DNA of 64,000 nt from Malacoraja senta. Taxonomy: Eukaryota. A program made the position numbers and the translations under genes. The notes beneath the pieces are model-generated. The model was not told where the DNA came from. It was given only the letters and a program-made list of their open reading frames with translations, and did not search any database. The stretch covers positions 744,001 to 808,000 of the forward strand of contig CM075988.1 in NCBI GenBank assembly GCA_038087875.1, read 5' to 3'. Every line of letters begins with the position of its first letter. The first letter of the stretch is position 1. Below are positions 37,150-49,823 of the stretch, piece by piece.

Positions 37150-38980
37150 TCCAAAGCCTCCAACTTTATCATTCCCCGCACGGCCCAGTTTTACCTTCTC
37201 CACAAAAATCCATAAACACAACTGCTCTTGCAGACTCATTGTTTCTGCCTACTCCTGTCCCAATGAAATAATTTCCATGTACCTCAACTCCATCCTATCC
37301 CCCCCTGATCTAATCTCTCCCGACCTATGTCCAAGTTAACTCACACCCCCTTCGTCTCTTTAATGGCTTCCACTTTCCGAGCCCCCACTCCCTCATCTTC
37401 ACTATGGACGTTCAGTCACTCTACACCTCCATCCTACCAGGAAGCCCTTAAAACCCTCCATTTCTTCCTCGACCACAGAACCAGCCAATTTGCCTCTACC
37501 AACACTCTCCACCACCTGGTCCTCACCCTTAACAAATTCCCCTTCGACTCCTCCAAATCAAATGCGTAGCTATGGGCACTCACATGGGCCCCAGCTATGC
37601 CTGCCTCATTGCAGGATAAGTTGAACAATCCCTGTTCCTCGCGTACACTGGCCCAATCCCCAAGCTCCATCTCTGTTACATTGATGACTGCATCGGTGCT
37701 ACCTCCTACGCCCATGTAGAGGTCATGAACTTCATAAACATCACTCAAATTCACTTGGACAATCTCCGACACCTCCCTCTCCTTTCTTGATCTCACCATC
37801 TCCATCACAGGAGATAGACTATTGACTGACATCGATCACAAACCCACAACTATCTTGACTACACTTCTTCCAACCCTGCTTCCTGCAAAGACCGTATCCC
37901 CTACTCCCAATTCCTCCGTCTTCGCCACATCTGAGCCCAAGATGAAGTGTTCCATACCAAGACATCAGAGGTCCTCATTCTTTAGGGAACAGGGGTTCCC
38001 CTCTTCCATCATAGATGAGGACACATCTCCTCTGTACACCGCAGCTCCGCCCTTGCTCCCCGTAGTCGCAACCGGAACAGAGTCCCCCTAGTCCTTACCT
38101 TCCACCCCATTAGCCGTCGCATACAAAACATAATCCTCCGACATCTTCGCCACCTCCAACGGGATCCCACCACTAGTCACATCCTCCAATCTCCACCCAT
38201 TTCCGCCTTCCGCAGAGGCCGTTCTCTCCGCAACTCCCTGGTTAACTCATCCCTTCCCACCCAAACCACCCCCTCTCCAGGTACCTTCTCCTGCAACTGC
38301 AGAACACGTATCCCAATACCTCCCTCCCTTGACTCTGTCCAGGGACCCCAACTGTCCTTTCAGGTTAGGCAGAGGTTTACTTGCACCTCCTCCAACATCA
38401 TCTACTGTATCCATTGTTCAAGATGTGGACTCTTATACATTGGCGAGACCAAACGTAGACTAGGCGATCACCTTCACTCAGTCTGCCTGGACCTATCTGA
38501 TCGCCCGGTAGCTAAACACTTTAATTCTCCTTCCCACGCCAACACTGACCTTTCTGCCCTCAGCCTTCTCCATTGTCAGAGTGAGTCTAAATGGCAATTT
38601 GGAGGAACAGCATCTCATATTTTGCTTGGGCAGCTTACAACCCAGGGGTATGGCGATTTCTCTAACTTCAAGTAACCCCTACATTCCCGCTCTCGCCATT
38701 CCTCCCGCACCCAAGTCACACCAGCTTTCATTCTCATCTAGCTACAGCTAACAATGGCCTGTTTCCTTTATCACTGTTACTTTTTTGCCTATCTTTCAGT
38801 CATTTGTTCGATATCTCTCCACATCATCATCTATATTTCGTTTCCCTTTCCTGTGATTTTCAGTTTGAAGGGTCTCGACCCAAAACGCCACCCATTCCTT
38901 CTCTCCAAAGATGCTGAGTTATTCCAGCATTTTGTGTCCATCTTCGATTTAATCCAGCATCTGCAGTTGCTTCTACCCTA
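37150..38980 (+). mobile_element. Degraded Penelope-like element (RT, GIY-YIG, pseudo-LTR)
   Basis: KIHK, MDVQSLYTSI, AMGTHMGPSYA, YIDDCIG, FLDL and CSRCGLLYIGETKR motifs across frameshifts. Confidence 0.85.
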
Positions 38981-39242
38981 TTACAACCCTATTTTCCTCA
39001 TAGCTATTTGCAATCTCCTTGCGTATTTGCTCCTTCACTACCACTGGCTATTGGAAGGTCTACTGTACAGTCCCAAAGTGATCACCCTTCTTATTTCTCT
39101 GTTCCATCTATATCACCTGACTGGATGAGCCCCAGGAATATCCTCTAAGTGCTGTTGTGATGTTCTCCTAATCAAAAACACAACTCCTTTTCTGAGAGAC
39201 AGAATCTACTGGCAGTTGGCAAGGCGAGGACTGATTAGGGAT

Positions 39243-39562
39243 AGTTTAGTTTAGTTTAGAGATAAGGCGCGGAAACACGCCCTTCGGCCCACTGGGTCCA
39301 CGCCAACCAGTGATCCCCGCATATTAACACTATACTACACACACTAGAGACAATTTTTACATTTACCAAGCCAATTAACCTACATAGCTGTATGTCTTTG
39401 GAGTGTGGGAAAAACCCGAAGATCTCGGAGAAAACCCACGCAGGTCACGGGGAGAACGTACAAACTCCGTACAGACAGTACCTGTAGTCGGGATCAAACC
39501 CGGGTCACCGGCACTGCATTTGCTATAAGGCAGCAACTCTACCGCTGCGCCACCGTGCTGCG
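39243..39562 (-). mobile_element. Full-length tRNA-derived V-SINE (HE1-like)
   Basis: Minus strand: A-box-like GGTGGCGCAGCGG, B-box-like GGTTTGATCCC, V-domain GGAGTTTGTACGTTCTCCCCGTG, CR1-like 3' tail and (CTAAA)n. Another copy lies at about 43025-43272. Confidence 0.85.
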
Positions 39563-39694
39563 CATAGTTAGTATGGCTTTGTGTGTGGGAAGAAGTGTCA
39601 CCAAAGTTTGATTGAGTTTTTTAAAGTGGATTTTAGAAGTAGTGAGGAAGAGGATTGAGGAGAGCTGATTGATGCTGTTCATGGACTTTAGTAA

Positions 39695-40254
39695 AGGGGC
39701 TGTCCCACTTGGACGACCTAATTGGCGCATTTAGAAGAGTTTGATAAAATGACATGTTGAAGACCTCCTTCGACTATGTAAAAGACCTCCTTCAACCTCA
39801 TTCGACTATGTAGACCAGCTTCGACTAGCTACGACTAACTTTAGGAAAATTGGACACCGAATAGTGGAGAGTGAAGACGACGTCCTTCGATCTCCTTCGA
39901 CCCCCCTTCGACTATGATGAAGACTATCTACGACCACCTTTGACTACCTTCGACTACCTTCAATTACCTACGACTAACATGCCGACCTACTACGACCTAC
40001 TACAACTAAACCTACGAGTAAAAAAAGTATCGATTTTTTCCATGGCGACTTTTTTTTTACTCGCGGGCATTTTTTAACATATTTTTAAAAACGCCGCGAC
40101 CTAGCTGAGGCCTCGAGTACGCGGAGACCACTCTCGAGCATGAAGGAGAGTTACGAAGACCTCCTACGACCTCGTGTCAACCATGCTGCGAGTATAAGTC
40201 GAGGGCAAACTCGCCAGAACTCGCGTATTAGGTCGCCCAAGTGGTACAGGCCCT
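39695..40254. mobile_element. PIF/Harbinger-type MITE
   Basis: 28-bp TIRs AGGGGCTGTCCCACTTGGACGACCTAAT / AGGGCCTGTACCACTTGGGCGACCTAAT (25/28 identical), flanked by TAA on both sides. The interior is made of cgacta/cgacct micro-repeats. Confidence 0.8.
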
Positions 40255-41718
40255 TAATGGACCAGCTGGGCTTGTACACTCTGGAGTTTAGAAGGATGAG
40301 AGGCGATCTCATTGAAACATATAAGATTGTTAAGGGCTTGAACACGCTAGAGGCAGGAAACATGTTCCCGATGTTGGGGGAGTCCAGAACCAGGGGCCAC
40401 GGTTTAAGAATAAGGAGTAAGCCATTTAGAACGGAGACGAGGAAACACATTTTCTCACAGAGAGTGGTGAGTGTGGAATTCTCTGCCTCAGAGGGCGGTG
40501 GAGGCAGGTTCTCTGGATGCTTTCAAGAGAGAGCTAGATAGGGCTCTTATAAATAGCGGAGTCGGGGGATATGGGGAGAAGGCTGATTGGGGATGATCAG
40601 CCATGATCACATTGAATGGCGGTGCTGGCTCGAAGGGCCAAATGACCTACTCCTATTGTCTATTGTCTTAAGGCTATTGGCAAGATCCCACATAATAGGA
40701 TGGTCCAGATAGTTAGGGCAAATAGGGTGCATTTGTAAATTCGCTGATGATAGGAGGCGGAGGGGAGTGGTGAAGGGATTTTTTTTTACTGGCATTCTGT
40801 AACCCCTGGTGTCCGATGGCAATCGATGTTGGGACCTTTGGTGTTCATCATACAAATAGATGACTTGCATGAGAATGTCTATGGTGTGGTAAGTAAGGAA
40901 GTTGACTGGCAGAGCTGTAGATAGTGTGAATGTTTGCCCCAGAATATAGAGGGATATACATCAGCTACAAAAGTGGGCAGAGAAGTGACTGATGGAATTC
41001 AATCCAGACAAGTGCGAGGTGATGCATTTTGTGTTGTCTAATACAACCCAGACATATACAATAATCAGCAGGACCTTAGCAGTGAAGAAGGGTCTCGACC
41101 CGAAACGTCACCTGTTCCTTCTCTCCAGAGATGCTGCCTGTCCCGCTGAGTTACACCAGCATTTTGTGTCTACTTTAGCAGTATTAAAGAGTTTAATCGT
41201 GTGAGATATTGCACTTTGGGAGGTTGGATATAAGAGGAAAGCATACAATTAATGTAGGACCTTAACAACATTAATGTAGAAAGGAGTTTTGGGGTCTGAG
41301 TCCACAACTCCCTGAAAGGGGCAAAACAAGTAGATGGAGTGCTAAAATGGGCATATGGTATGCTTGCCCTCATTGGTTTGGGTATTAACCATAACATCTG
41401 AAAGCCATGTTGCAGCTCGATAAAACTGTGATTAGACAGCATTTGGTGTTTTGTGTACAGTTCTGGTCGCTTGCATTACAAGAATGATGTGGGGTGTTTG
41501 GAGAGGGTGCAGAAGAGGTTTACTAAAATGCTGCCAGAATTAAAGGGTATTAGCTATTAGGAGGAATTTGTGTGTTTTCTGGAGTGTCAAAAGCCAAGAA
41601 CAAGTACATACTTTTATTAGAGGCTTTTTTGCAGGATATAAATGTCAAATGCTGGAGAGTATGGTGCTACGGTGAGAGAAGGAACGTTTAAAGTGAGGCA
41701 AGGATTTTTTGTTTTGTT

Positions 41719-42495
41719 ACACATACATACATAGATACATAGAAAATAGGTGCAGGAGTAGGCCATTCGGCCCTTCGAGCCTGCACTGCCATTCAATATG
41801 ATCATGGCTGATCATCCAACTCAGTATCCCGTACCTGCCTTCTCTCCATACCCCCTGATCCCTTTAGCCACAAGGGCCACATCTAACTCCCTCTTAAATA
41901 TAGCCAATGAACTGGCCTCAACTACCCTCTGTGGCAGAGAGTTCCAGAGATTCACCACTCTCTGTGTGAAAAAGTTTTTTCTCATCTCGGTCTTAAAGGA
42001 TTTCCCCCTTATCCTTAAGCAGTGACCCCTTGTCCTGGACTTCCCCAACATCGGGAACAATCTTCCTGCATCTAGCCTGTCCAACCCCATAAGAATTTTG
42101 TACGTTTCTATAAGATCCCCTCTCAATCTCCTAAATTCTAGCGAGTATGCCAAGTCTATCCAGTCTTTCTTCATATGAAAGTCCTGACATCCCAGGAATC
42201 AGTCTGGTGAACCTTCTCTGCACTCCCTCTATGGCTATAATGTCCTTCCTCAGATTTGGAGACCAAAACTGTACGCAATACTCCAGGTGTGGTCTCACCA
42301 AGACCCTGTAAAACTGCAGTAGAACCTCCCTGCTCCTATACTCAAATCCTTTTGCTATGAAAGCTAACATACCATTCGCTTTCTTCACTGCCTGCTGCAC
42401 CTGCATGCCTACTTTCAATGACTGGTGTACCATGACACCCAGGTCTCGCTGCATCTCCCCTTTTCCTAATCGGCCACCATCTAGATAATAGTCTG
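41719..42495 (-). mobile_element. CR1 family B 3' fragment
   Basis: Reverse complement of about 6400-7175, with a (TATG)n-type tail. Confidence 0.92.
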
Positions 42496-42704
42496 GTGGT
42501 AGTTGCCTGGATGGTAGTTGCCTGGATCGTAATGCCAGAAGTGGTGGTGGAAGCAAACACAATAACATTTCAGAGGAATTTAGACTGGTACATGAACAGG
42601 CAGAGGATGGAGAGATATAGACCACGTGTAGGCAAATGGAATTAGCTTAAATTGGCGTCGTGGTTGGCACAGCCGTTGTGGCTGAAAGGCCTGTTCCTGT
42701 GCTA

Positions 42705-42920
42705 TAGTGTGTGAATGTGTGTGAGTGATTGGTGGTGGTCGGAGGGGCCGTAGGCGCAGATTAGCAGCCACGCTTCCGTCAGTCTGCCCCAGGGCAGCTG
42801 TGGCTACAGAAGTAGCTCACCACCACCGAGTGTGACTGAGGAGTGAATGAATAATGCGATGTAAAGCGCCTTGAGTATTAGAAAGGCGCTATATAAATCC
42901 CATCCATTATTATTATTATT
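42705..42920 (+). mobile_element. SINE/LINE 3' end with an L2-type tail
   Basis: tgtaaagcgccttgag...aaaggcgctatataaat stem-loop followed by (ATT)n. Confidence 0.65.
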
Positions 42921-45900
42921 ATATTGTTTGCATACCACAGTTCGTAAAACATTTCATACATGCTAATAAATGTGTTGTCGTGTTACTTCTGTTACTATTT
43001 ATTGTCCTTCTTGAGCAATTTAATTTAGTTTAGAGAGGCTCCATGGAAACTGGTCTTTCAGCCCATCGAGTCCATGCTGACCAGTTTCTCATCCATTCCC
43101 TGCACATTAGGGGCAATTTTACAGAGGCCAATTGGCCTACAAACCCACATATCTTTGGGAAGTGTGAGGGAACTGAGCACCCGGAGGAAACCCACGCAAT
43201 AACAGGGAGAACACATAGAAAACACCCAAGGTCAGGATTGTACCTGGGTATCTGGTGCTGTAAGGTAGCAGTTAAGCCAGTGAGGACCATGGAGAAAGAG
43301 GGGTGATACTGAGCACTGGTGACCAACAGGAGTGCTGGTGGGATGAATACACAATAAAAGCAACGTCACCTCATGTCTGGGCTCAGGGGGAGTCCCAGCC
43401 GACCACTGCCCACCCCTCAGTAGCAGGGCAAGCCCACTTTCCTGTCACCTCTATGGGATCTCCACCAATTGTTTCCCTCTGTGACGATTATTGTGTGTGT
43501 GTGGAGAGCCTGCACGAGTACCTTATAAACAACCTACCTGCAAAAAGTGAATATCCACCAGTAAGCATGACAGGGCAATTTGTCAATAAAGAAGAAGAGA
43601 AGAGCAATTGAGGCACTAGCGTGGGCTCCAATAGCTGAGATTAAAGTTATAGGAAAGTGGCAACAAAATAGTCTTCTCAGATACAATAGGAACATTTCCT
43701 AGCACATCTTAAGTATCATGTTCATCACACGAAACAGTCGTGGAGGCAGTCACTCACTCTGCGTGCCATTCACCTGCTTGACCAAATTCCCCAAGTTTTC
43801 CCATTACCTTAACCCCCATTTCCCTTCAAGTATTCACCCAATTTCTGACAGACATGATTGAACATATTTTTATCCTCTTTCTGGGTAATTTTCCTTCCTT
43901 AAGGCATTGGCCCATCTCCGTAGTAAATTGTTACCAAAGAAATTCACATATAGATAGACATTTAAATATGCCATTCGAGTGGGTGTGACTCCATGTGGTA
44001 GTGGCAGCCCTCTCACTCCACCCCCCACCCAACATCTGCTGCTGTCAATGGGCATCCTTCCAGCACATCAGCTGCATCTAATCTCCATCTGTTTGTTAAT
44101 CCAAGGCAAAAGATGGAAATCAGCAAATGCTATGGAGTCTAATTAGACAGATGCATCAAAGAGCCAGCACTTGTATGATGGGCAGAGTGGCTGGCTCCTG
44201 CCATATGATGAGCTTAGTCACAACCATATCATGGCACCACAGCTCGGCTGCACAAGGGAGGATGAGCATAAGTCCGAGGGCAATATGTGGGTGGAGATTT
44301 TATAGCGAGGGGGATAGACAGGCACCTCTGTGGCCACAAGCAAAAATGCATGTGTGTTGCTTTTCTGTTCTACATCAAGGGAGCCACCAAATGTTGCACG
44401 ACTTTAAAAGGAGAAGTGAAATGGCCGACATTGCAGATGACATTGGTACTAGTGATAGAGGTAAAGAGAGGATGAGTTCCTGCAGTAGGAACAGGGGAAC
44501 AATGCAGCAGATTAAAGAACAGCACCTTGAAAGTTGTAATCCCTGCATTATTTTCAATGCCACCTGTGCTGTGGGAATAGGATAGGTGAGGCTTTAGATT
44601 TCTGGATCGTGTGACAGTTCCTGGGAAAGGTGGGACCTGTACAAACTGGACAGATTGCATATGAACTAGAACTGCCCCAACATCCTTTTACAGAATTTCA
44701 CGAGTGTGGATGGAAAGAGCTAAATGGAATATGGCTGGGGAATGGAGCAATAATGCTACCATCATAAACTTGAACAAAATCTAACTCAGTAGGTGTATAT
44801 AGCATGAGGGAGAAATGGAAGGCAAAATTACATATTTTTAACGCAAGGACATTGTTTAGTAAAAAACAAATTGCTGGAGGATCCCAGTGAGTCAGGCAGC
44901 ATTTGTGGAGGGAATGGACAGACGATATTTTGGGTCAGGACTCTTCTTTAGACTGTAGAAGTGTCCCAATCCAAGACACCTTCTGTCCATTCCCTTCACA
45001 AATGCTGCCTGGCCCACTGAGTTCCTCCAGCAAAAAGGAATTGATCAATATGCAGGGTCTATATTACAGGCATCCTAGTGGTCAGCAGGAGACAGAGAAT
45101 CAAATATGAAGGAATGTGAATTGCAACAGCGACCATAGGCTTCAAGTTAGTTATGACATAGGATAAGAATGGTTTGTCAAGAACAGAACAGATGTAATTT
45201 CAACACCTAGATGTATAGGCGAGATTTACATGATCCTATGCAGTCATAAAGCATGGAAACAAATCGTTCACCCACCATATGCACACCAACCAATGGACAC
45301 CGTTATGTACCCATCCCATCATCCAGCGCTTGGACCGTTGCCTACTCTGCCTGGAGATTCAAGAGTTCTTTAGACATTTCTTAAATGCTATCAGCGACTC
45401 TGCTTCTACCACTCTATCTGGCAGTGTGCTCCAGTCTCACTGCTCTCTGGGTGAAAACAATTCCCCTCAGATACCCTCAAAATTTCTTACCCCTGACCCT
45501 AAATCTTTGTCCTCCAGTTTTATCTACCTCTGCAGTCTACCCGATCTGTACTCATTGATTTGAGATACCTCAAACATGCTCTTAACATCCTCCACGCCAG
45601 GGAGAACAGCCTCTCCAGTATCCCTCATAGTTGAAATGTGTAGGAAGGAACTGCAGATGCTGGTTTAAACTGAAGATAGATACAAAAAGATGGAGTAACT
45701 CAGCGTGACAGGCAGAATCTCTGGAGAGAAGGAATGGGTGACGTTTCGAGTAGAGACCCTTCTTCAGACGGGTCAGACTGAGTTATTCCAGCTTTTTGTG
45801 TCTCATAGCTGAAATCCTCCATCCCAGGCACCATCCTGGTAAATCTCTGCACCCTCTCCAGTGTTGTCATATCTATCCTATAGCGTGGTGACTAGAACTG

Positions 45901-47586
45901 CACGCAATACTCCAGCTGAGGATGACCAATGTTTTATAAAGTGGGCACATAACCTCTCTACTCTTATATTCCATGTCCTGACTAATGTCTTAACCATATG
46001 CCTGCCATCTTCAATAATCTATGCACATACATAAAGATCCCTCTGACCCACAATGCTCACTCAGACCCAACCATTCATGGTGAACATCCTGGCTCTGAAA
46101 ATCACTTCTTTTGATCAGGATTAAACTCAAACTGACATTTCTCATCCTATTTCATCATCTTATTAATATTACTATCACAGTGTCAGCAACAATGTTCATA
46201 TCATCTGCTGATTTACTGATCATATCTCCTTACATCCACATCATTCCATGTATATTTGAAACAGCACCAATCCCTGTAAACCACATCTATTGCATTACCC
46301 TCAATGATGCGCTTGATTACCTCTGCAAACAATTCAATCTCTGTATTGTGGAAGTTAAAATGATGTATTCTTTACCTACCAATTGTTTAATACCAAAAAG
46401 ATTTATTCTTTACATACCAAATGTCAGTCTTACCAACTTAGGGAGCTGCAATGGAGAGTATGTAACAGCTCTGTGGAGCTCATCTTCAAATCCTGAAAGA
46501 TTATACTATACTGCTCCACTGTCTGGGATGGGTGACTTTGGAGGTCCAGTCTGAAGAAGGGTCCCAACCCAAAACATCACCTATCCATGTTCTCCAGAGA
46601 TGATGCCTGACCTACTGAGTTACTCTGGCACTTTGTGTTCTTTTTTGGAAACCAGCATCTGCAGTTCCTTATTTCTTTACTCCCAAGGTCTCCCGAAAAC
46701 CTCAGCACTTAAAATCTCTTTCAATCTAGGTTAATTTAATTTTGATGGTGTTCTCTGAAAAACAAGATGCTTGCCCCAACATTCTGCAGTCTTCATCACA
46801 CGTACGGCAGCAGTCAAGTGCTGCTGCTGCTGCAGTACAGCTGCGTGGAGAGTGCATGTTTCAGCGCTCTTTGCTGTGTGACAAACTACAGGCAGTTGAA
46901 TAAACACATGTGTTAGGAGCTGCACTGGCTCCTGGATGGGGAAGTGTTGGCATCAACAAATAATTTCTGGGCATAAATTAATAGAGGGCAGAATTTAATA
47001 ATGTCTCACCAAATATTTAATCTATAATCAGTGGCAAAATGTAGCCATATTCTATATCTGTTAAACACTAGTAGGTGACAGAGGTGACATGGTTACAGAC
47101 TAAAGTAAGCAAGAGACATTGGACCATTGAGCCTGCTACTTCAACCCGTCAGATTACGGCTAACCAAATCATTGCCCTCAAGTAAGATTTCCTGCCTGAT
47201 CACTCAATTACCCTACAGTCAATTACCCAATTATCCTATCTCAACCTTAAAATGTATCTCCTGTCTCTGTATCCAGCTCATGCCAAACCACACAATTGCA
47301 AATGTTCACAACCTTCAGGGAAGAAATTCCTGATCATATTAGCTTTAAAGGAATCCTACTCATAATCCTGAGACCATTTCCCTGGCTCAAGGCTGCTCCA
47401 TCTGGAGGAACAGGCTCTCACATCCACCCAACCTATCTCCATACTTCTCTGAGTATCTAAACAGCACCAAGTATAGGCCTGTTTTACTGCATCTTTCCTC
47501 CTCGAACATTTGCCAATAATCTATCCGGTGCTCAACAGCAGGATATTTCATGGATTCCGAACTCAGCGTTACTATTGGAAGGATAC

Positions 47587-47687
47587 AAATGAGGTTCTGG
47601 GTGCTATTGAACATGGAGACTCCGGTCAGGAAACCCACCAGCTCGATCAGAAACATGCCAAATGTCACCGACAATGCCACAATTAGT
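47587..47687 (-). CDS. TMEM107: TMEM107 internal coding exon (101 nt; equivalent to exon 3)
   Basis: Acceptor ttgtttacttccag, then A + LIVALSVTFGMFLIELVGFLTGVSMFNSTQNLI + T, donor gtatccttcc. The peptide closely matches my recollection of vertebrate TMEM107 (LVAALSVTLGLFAVELAGFLSGVSMFNSTQSLI). Splices in frame to the next exon (T+CT = Ser). Confidence 0.95.
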
Positions 47688-47747
47688 CTGGAAGTAAACA
47701 AAGGACAATATTCAGCATACATACAATGGAAATGATCCGCCAACAGT

Positions 47748-48302
47748 CTGTCTGTCCCTTCCTTCTTTGTTGTTTTGTTTGTATGTGTGAAATGTATGCT
47801 TTAGTATTCTTCAGCTTGTTTTATGTGGGGGGTGGGGGGTGGGGGGTGGGGGTGGAGTTGGCTGAAACTTTTTTAAATCTCTTACCACAAAGGAGATGCG
47901 ATTTTTTCCCATATCATATCTCCGTCCGCACTGCGGCCTAATATCAAGGAGTTGGTGACCTCTGCTGGAGACCGACTTTGGGAGCCCCAACTGCGCGCGG
48001 ACTTTAACATCGTGGAGACCGTGGTCCCTGGTTAGAGTCCGACTTCGGGAGCTCCAATCGCCCCGACTGCGGATGGTTCGACTGACCCGACCAAGGGAGA
48101 ATAAAGAGGAAGAAGCTTGGATTTTATTGCCTTCCATCACAGTGGGGGATGGGGGAGGAATCTGCTGTGGTAGATGTTTAAGTTAACTTTTATGTAGTTG
48201 TGTGACTTGTTGCTTTCTTTTAGTATGGCTGTATGGTAATTTGAGTTTCCCTGAACCTCAATTAGTACACGTGACAATAAACAGACCTTTGAACCTTTGA
48301 AA
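47748..48302 (+). mobile_element. Non-autonomous retroelement with a Rex/L2-like 3' end, immediately upstream of the TMEM107 exon acceptor
   Basis: Ends gtacacgtgacaataaa...(ctttgaac)2; the same gtacacgtgacaataa motif is at about 58050. Confidence 0.5.
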
Positions 48303-49823
48303 CACAGGAGCAGCATAGCATTCTAGGCATCGAGCTGTGCTAACATTTTGTTCATGACACTTTCCCATTTTCTTGATATTAATTTTCTATGCATATCACA
48401 ATGTTTTAAATCTGCAATTATTCTCTTTGTCTGTAACCAGTTCACTGAAGCAAAACATCGAAAAATAACCTCAAAAGATGAAAATCTGAAACAAAAACGG
48501 AAAATTGCTGAAAAGCATCAGCAGCTCAGGTAGCATCAGTGGAAAGAGAAAGAGTTAAAGAGAAAGAAAACTTATTTAGCATTGAATTTCATGGTATAAT
48601 TTACTTTTGTGAAGATCTTCCCTAATTTTTAGATTCTGTCCACATTTTAGAATCCTTGCAAGATCCCAAAAATCCAAGTTTACCTTGCCTCTCAGAACTA
48701 TAAAGTCGCAGTCCCTTAGAAACTGTCACAATATTCCACCAGTACAACCTCTCAGCGAGGAGCTAAAGAACACCAAACAGGAGCAGGAGTAATTGCACTT
48801 CCTGTGTAACCGTCACACTACAACAGAAACTATGTTCTACAGTACCCAGACACGACGCCGACAGACAAGAAGCCGAAGCAAAGAAGTCAAAGCCAAAGAA
48901 CCGAATGGAAACGAGGCCGAAACGCTTATAAACCAAAAGAGTCCCAAGACGAAACGCCCACTAACTGAAAGGATGGGACGCCTAAATGCAAACTAACCAA
49001 AAGGGCGGGACGCCTAAAAGCCAACGAACCGAAAAGCTGCGTCGCATAAAAGCAAACTTACCGAATGGCCACTCTGTCGAAACGCCACCTACCCGAAAGG
49101 CAGCGTCGCCTACAGGCCAAAGGACCGACTGCCGCTCAACAGAAACGTCCAATAACGGACATGACGTTGCTGGGGGGCGGGTCTTGTCAGCGATTGGTCC
49201 AGACCCCCGCTACCATCACATCACTGTGAAGGCATGAACAGTGTCCCAGACCTCCGCTCCACCCGTCCCGCAGCCCGCGGAGGGTGGCCGTGTGTGAGTG
49301 GGGGCTGTCATGAGGGATGCACACCTTCGGCCGCTTTCAACTTGGCGCTTGGGTTCAGATTGCCCAGTCATCTATGGATTGTGTGGGAAAATGAACCCCA
49401 CACTCCCGTCACCCCCTTCTCTCTCCCCCTCTCTCACCCTTCTCTCTCTCTCATGGAAACATAGAAAATAGGTGCAGGAGGAGGCCATTCGGCCCTTCGA
49501 GCCAGCACCGCCATTCATTGTGATCATGGCTGATCGTCCTTAATCAATAACCCGTGCCTGCCTTCTCCCCAAATCCCTTGACTCCACTAGCCCCTAGAAC
49601 TCTATCTAAATCTCTCTTAAATCCATCCAGTGATTTGGCCTCCACTGCCCTCTGTGGCAGGGAATTCCATAAATTCACAACTCTCTGGGTGAAAAGGTTT
49701 TTTCTCACCTCAGTCTTAAATGACCTCCCCTTTATTCTAAGACTGTGGCCCCTGGTTCTGGACTCGCCCAACATTGGGGAACATTTTCCTGCATCTAGCT
49801 TGTCCAGTCCTTTTATAATTTTA

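Larger units (their letters stand above)
33293..47586 (-). other. TMEM107: U12-type (minor spliceosome) GT-AG intron of TMEM107, 14,294 nt
   Basis: 5' splice site GTATCCTTCC (47586-47577) fits the U12 consensus RTATCCTT. Branch site TTCCTTGAC (33312-33304) has its branch A about 12 nt before the intron end. Confidence 0.9.

Noticed and set aside
39490..39562. tRNA gene
   Set aside because: The A/B boxes belong to the head of a V-SINE that continues into SINE body and tail.
39770..40020. CRISPR-like or coding repeat array
   Set aside because: Irregular 6-9 bp micro-repeats inside a TIR-bounded MITE, with no constant repeat/unique spacer structure; eukaryotic context.
48986..49237. Duplicated small protein gene (similar 83-aa ORFs at 48986+ and 55696-)
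   Set aside because: Both lie in the inverted arms of the foldback element; the similarity reflects the TIRs, not coding constraint.
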